A DNA stretch of 64,000 bases from Macrostomum lignano (lineage: Eukaryota), in the NCBI GenBank assembly GCA_002269645.1, contig NIVC01000632.1:356983-420982 (forward strand), given 5' to 3'. Numbering within the stretch: the stretch's first letter is position 1; every line of letters starts with the position of its first letter. The position numbers and the translations under genes are program-made. This document shows positions 61,035 through 64,000 of this stretch, in pieces. The notes below the pieces were generated by a model. The model saw only the letters and a program-made list of their open reading frames with translations. It did no database searches and was not told where the DNA came from.

Positions 61035-61620
61035 AGGGAAGGGTGTAGGAAAAGTCTAGGGAAGGGTGTAGGAAAAGGGTGCAGGGAAGGGTGTAGGGTA
61101 GGGTGTAGGGAAGGGTGCAGGGAAGGGTGCAGTGAAGGGTGTAGGGAAGGGTGCAGAGAAGGGTATAGGGAAGGGTGTAGGGAAGGGTGTAGGGAAGGGT
61201 GTAGGGAAGGGTGTAGGGAAGGGTGTAGGGAAGGGTGTAGGGAAGGGTGTAGGGAAGGGTGTAGGGAAGGGTGTAGGGAAGGGTGCAGGGAAGGGTGCAG
61301 GGAAGGGTGTAGGGAAGGGTGTAGGGAAGGGTGCAGGGAAGGGTGTAGGGAAGGGTGTAGGGAAGGGTGCAGGGAAGGGTGCAGGGAAGGGTGCAGGGAA
61401 GGGTGCAGGGAAGGGTGCAGGGAAGGGTGTAGGGAAGGGTGTAGGGAAGGGTGTAGGGAAGGGTGTAGGGAAGGGTGTAGGGAAGGGTGTAGGGAAGGGT
61501 GTAGGGAAGGGTACAGGGAAGGGTGTAGGGAAGGGTGTAGGGAAGGGTGTAGGGAAGGGTGTAGGGAAGGGTGCAGGGAAGGTGTAGGGAAGGGTGCAGG
61601 GAAGGGTGTAGGGAAGGGTG
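61035..61620. repeat. 12-bp (GGGAAGGGTG(T/C)A)n minisatellite
   Basis: ~45-50 units. Confidence 0.97.
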
Positions 61621-62639
61621 TAGATAAGGTACAAAGCTAATGTTGAAGGCAACAAACCTAATCTAATTAATTAGAAAGGAAACAAAGCAGAAAATGGAGC
61701 TCATCATCAGTTTAAATAAAAATCACAAATATGACAGTGAGACGGCTTTAGAGACCAACCCAATCGAAAATTGCGTACAGAGGACAACATAACAAACTGC
61801 AGAGGGAGGGACAGAGACAAAGAAAACGCGCAAAAAAAGAAACAATTTGAAAGAAAATCGAACTGAAGCAAACAACTCAATGCATCACGGAAGTGTTTTT
61901 TAATTTATGACCGCGTGATACTGAAGTATAAATATGCTCCCCAATTGTAATTTGTGTACAATTCAAACAAAGCATCCTTATATAAAGATTGAAAACAAAT
62001 CAATAAGAATTAAATATTTGTCTTATTATGCTATATCAGCATATACACAAAGCTCTCTATAACAGTTAAAAAAGTACATGACGTACTGAACTGTGCACCA
62101 AACACCAAAGAAATGAAAAATTACTGGGTGTGCGCGATTGTCTGCTGAGATCGACTGGTGAAAAACTCTGATTGATCGCCTAATCAATGAAAGATTCCAT
62201 AAACCAATAAGCGGAGGTAGTGTAGGAAAATTTGAGAGACAATTATTCAGTTTCTGTTCTACTGAGTGAATGCTTACACCTAGGCAGATACGGAACAGCG
62301 TCAACACGAATTAAATAAATAAACTACATATAAAAAACAAAACATTTATCAGCAAAAAAAGAAAGCCAAAATCCCACAAGAAAAAAATAACGCTAATGTT
62401 TGCTCTCAACTGCAGACGGATTCAGGTACAGTAATTAAATAATTAAGCAGCAGTTGAGATTATAAATCCAAAAAAAACAAAAAACGCAAAAGTCTGAGAT
62501 AGGCAATAAGATGTTTGAAATAGATACTTTAAAAAATATGATTTATTTAATATCCTTAACTTTATCGCAGAAATAATTATCTGCTGTCGTTAATCAAACA
62601 GATAGCGCCTTATTAATGCTGAATGAAGTATGCACAAGT

Positions 62640-63330
62640 TGTGTACATTGGGGTGGGAGTTGGGGAGGGCGTGTGTACAGTGGGGTAAGGGATTGGGGAA
62701 GGGCGTGTGTACATTGGGGTAAAGGGATTGGGGAAGGGCGTGTGTACATTGGGGTAAGGGATTGGGGAAGGGCGTGTGTACATTGGGGTAAAGGGATTGG
62801 GGAAGGGCGTGTGTACATTGGGGTAAGGGATTGGGGAAGGGCGTGTGTACATTGGATAAGAGATTCAGGAGGGACGTGTGTACATTGGGGTAAGGATTGG
62901 GGAGGAGCGTGTGTACATTGGGGGTAAGGGATTGGGGAGGAGCGTGTGTACATTGGGGTAAAAGATTGGGGAGGGGCGTGTGTACATTGGGTAAAGGATT
63001 GGGGAAGGCGTGTGTACATTGGGGTAAGAGATTCGGGAGGGACGTGTGTACAGTGGGGTAAGAGATTGGGGAAGGGCGTGTGTACATTGGGGTAAAAGAT
63101 TGGGGAGGGCGTGTGTACATTGGGTAAGAGATTGGAGGGACGTGTGTACATTGGGGTAAGGGACTGGGGAGGAGCGTATGTGTACATTGGGGTAAAAGAT
63201 TGGGGAGGGGCGTGTGTACATTGGGGTAAGGATTGGGGAAGGGACGGTGTACATTGGGGTAAGGGATTGGGGAGGGCGTGTGTACATTGGGTAAAGGATG
63301 GGGAGGGGCGTGTGTGCATTGGGGTAAGGG
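62640..63330. repeat. 34-35 bp G-rich minisatellite
   Basis: GGGCGTGTGTACATTGGGGTAA(A)GGGATTGGGGAA units. Confidence 0.93.
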
Positions 63331-64000
63331 ATTGGAGAAGGGTAACAGGGAACGAATGGACCCGTATTCAGACGAATGCATGCACAATATCAATCAGGAC
63401 TGTACATTTGATAGATAAACATCTAAAGTACACAAACACAGCTGAACTAATCAAAGCAGTGAACTAATCAAAGCAGTTTTAAAAAACCTTTGAACCACAC
63501 ATATGATTGATAAATCGAAGAGGCAAAGAATGATATATCGGTGATACTACTTTCAAAGTTTGTGCTGTAGAGGATCGAAAAATTTCCTACAGAACAAGCT
63601 GCACAAACGATATGACTGGTAATTAATAAATATATAGAGATTCCTGCACAAATCTGCGTGCGGCGAACAGTGTATTGTATAAATACAGACCAATAGAATT
63701 GTGAGCACAGCCTATTGTAGAAATTTGAATTTCAAAGTAAACACAAAATGATTAACAAAGTAATTTATTACATCAATCTCTGTGCCCTCACATCACAATG
63801 ACAATATCTGTATGAAGTGAAAAATATGACAGAAATATACGAGGATTGTCCCAGCGAATAACAGGAGGTCCAGTGAAAGAGCTGAAGACTCCGTCTTAAC
63901 TTTGTTTTTTCTAAATTTTGTTGCTCTGTTTAAGCAATACAGCCCCTGTCCTCCTGCGATTTGCCTGACAACCCTCGTACATATGAACAATGCATGATAA

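Noticed and set aside
61056-61655. PTPF/GKGV-repeat ORFs resembling mucin or extensin
   Set aside because: Both strands of a 12-bp minisatellite; no signal peptide or splice context

Overview
Eukaryotic (metazoan) genomic DNA with GC-rich spliced exons and introns packed with tandem repeats. The composition and the TTAGGG telomere unit fit a repeat-rich invertebrate such as a Macrostomum-type flatworm (inference only). Five intron-containing genes were reconstructed by hand from GT-AG sites and remembered homology: DCTN3 (-, 3' end not found, probably left of the window), WDR19/IFT144 (+, 19 coding exons), a PHLPP-family RA-PH-LRR-PP2C gene (+, 11 exons), DOLK (-, 3 exons) and EDEM3 (-, 8 exons). 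A ~3.8 kb non-autonomous CMC/EnSpm (CACTA-like) DNA transposon sits inside a satellite in DOLK intron 2. About 35 micro- and minisatellite arrays fill most large introns and intergenic gaps and explain most of the long ORFs in the supplied track. Best leads: (1) an apparent pair of mutually exclusive duplicated exons, plus candidate cassette exons, in WDR19; (2) a 1.64 kb block with no CpG; (3) one palindromic GGTCA-NN-TGACC core reused by otherwise different satellites in PHLPP and EDEM3 introns; (4) an unrecognised ~158-aa C-terminal region on EDEM3; (5) a uORF and perfect CRE palindrome upstream of EDEM3. Three single-base frameshifts in C/G runs (two in PHLPP, one in DOLK) look like long-read assembly errors. 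No CRISPR, rRNA or tRNA was seen. All homology calls are from memory; no database searches were run.
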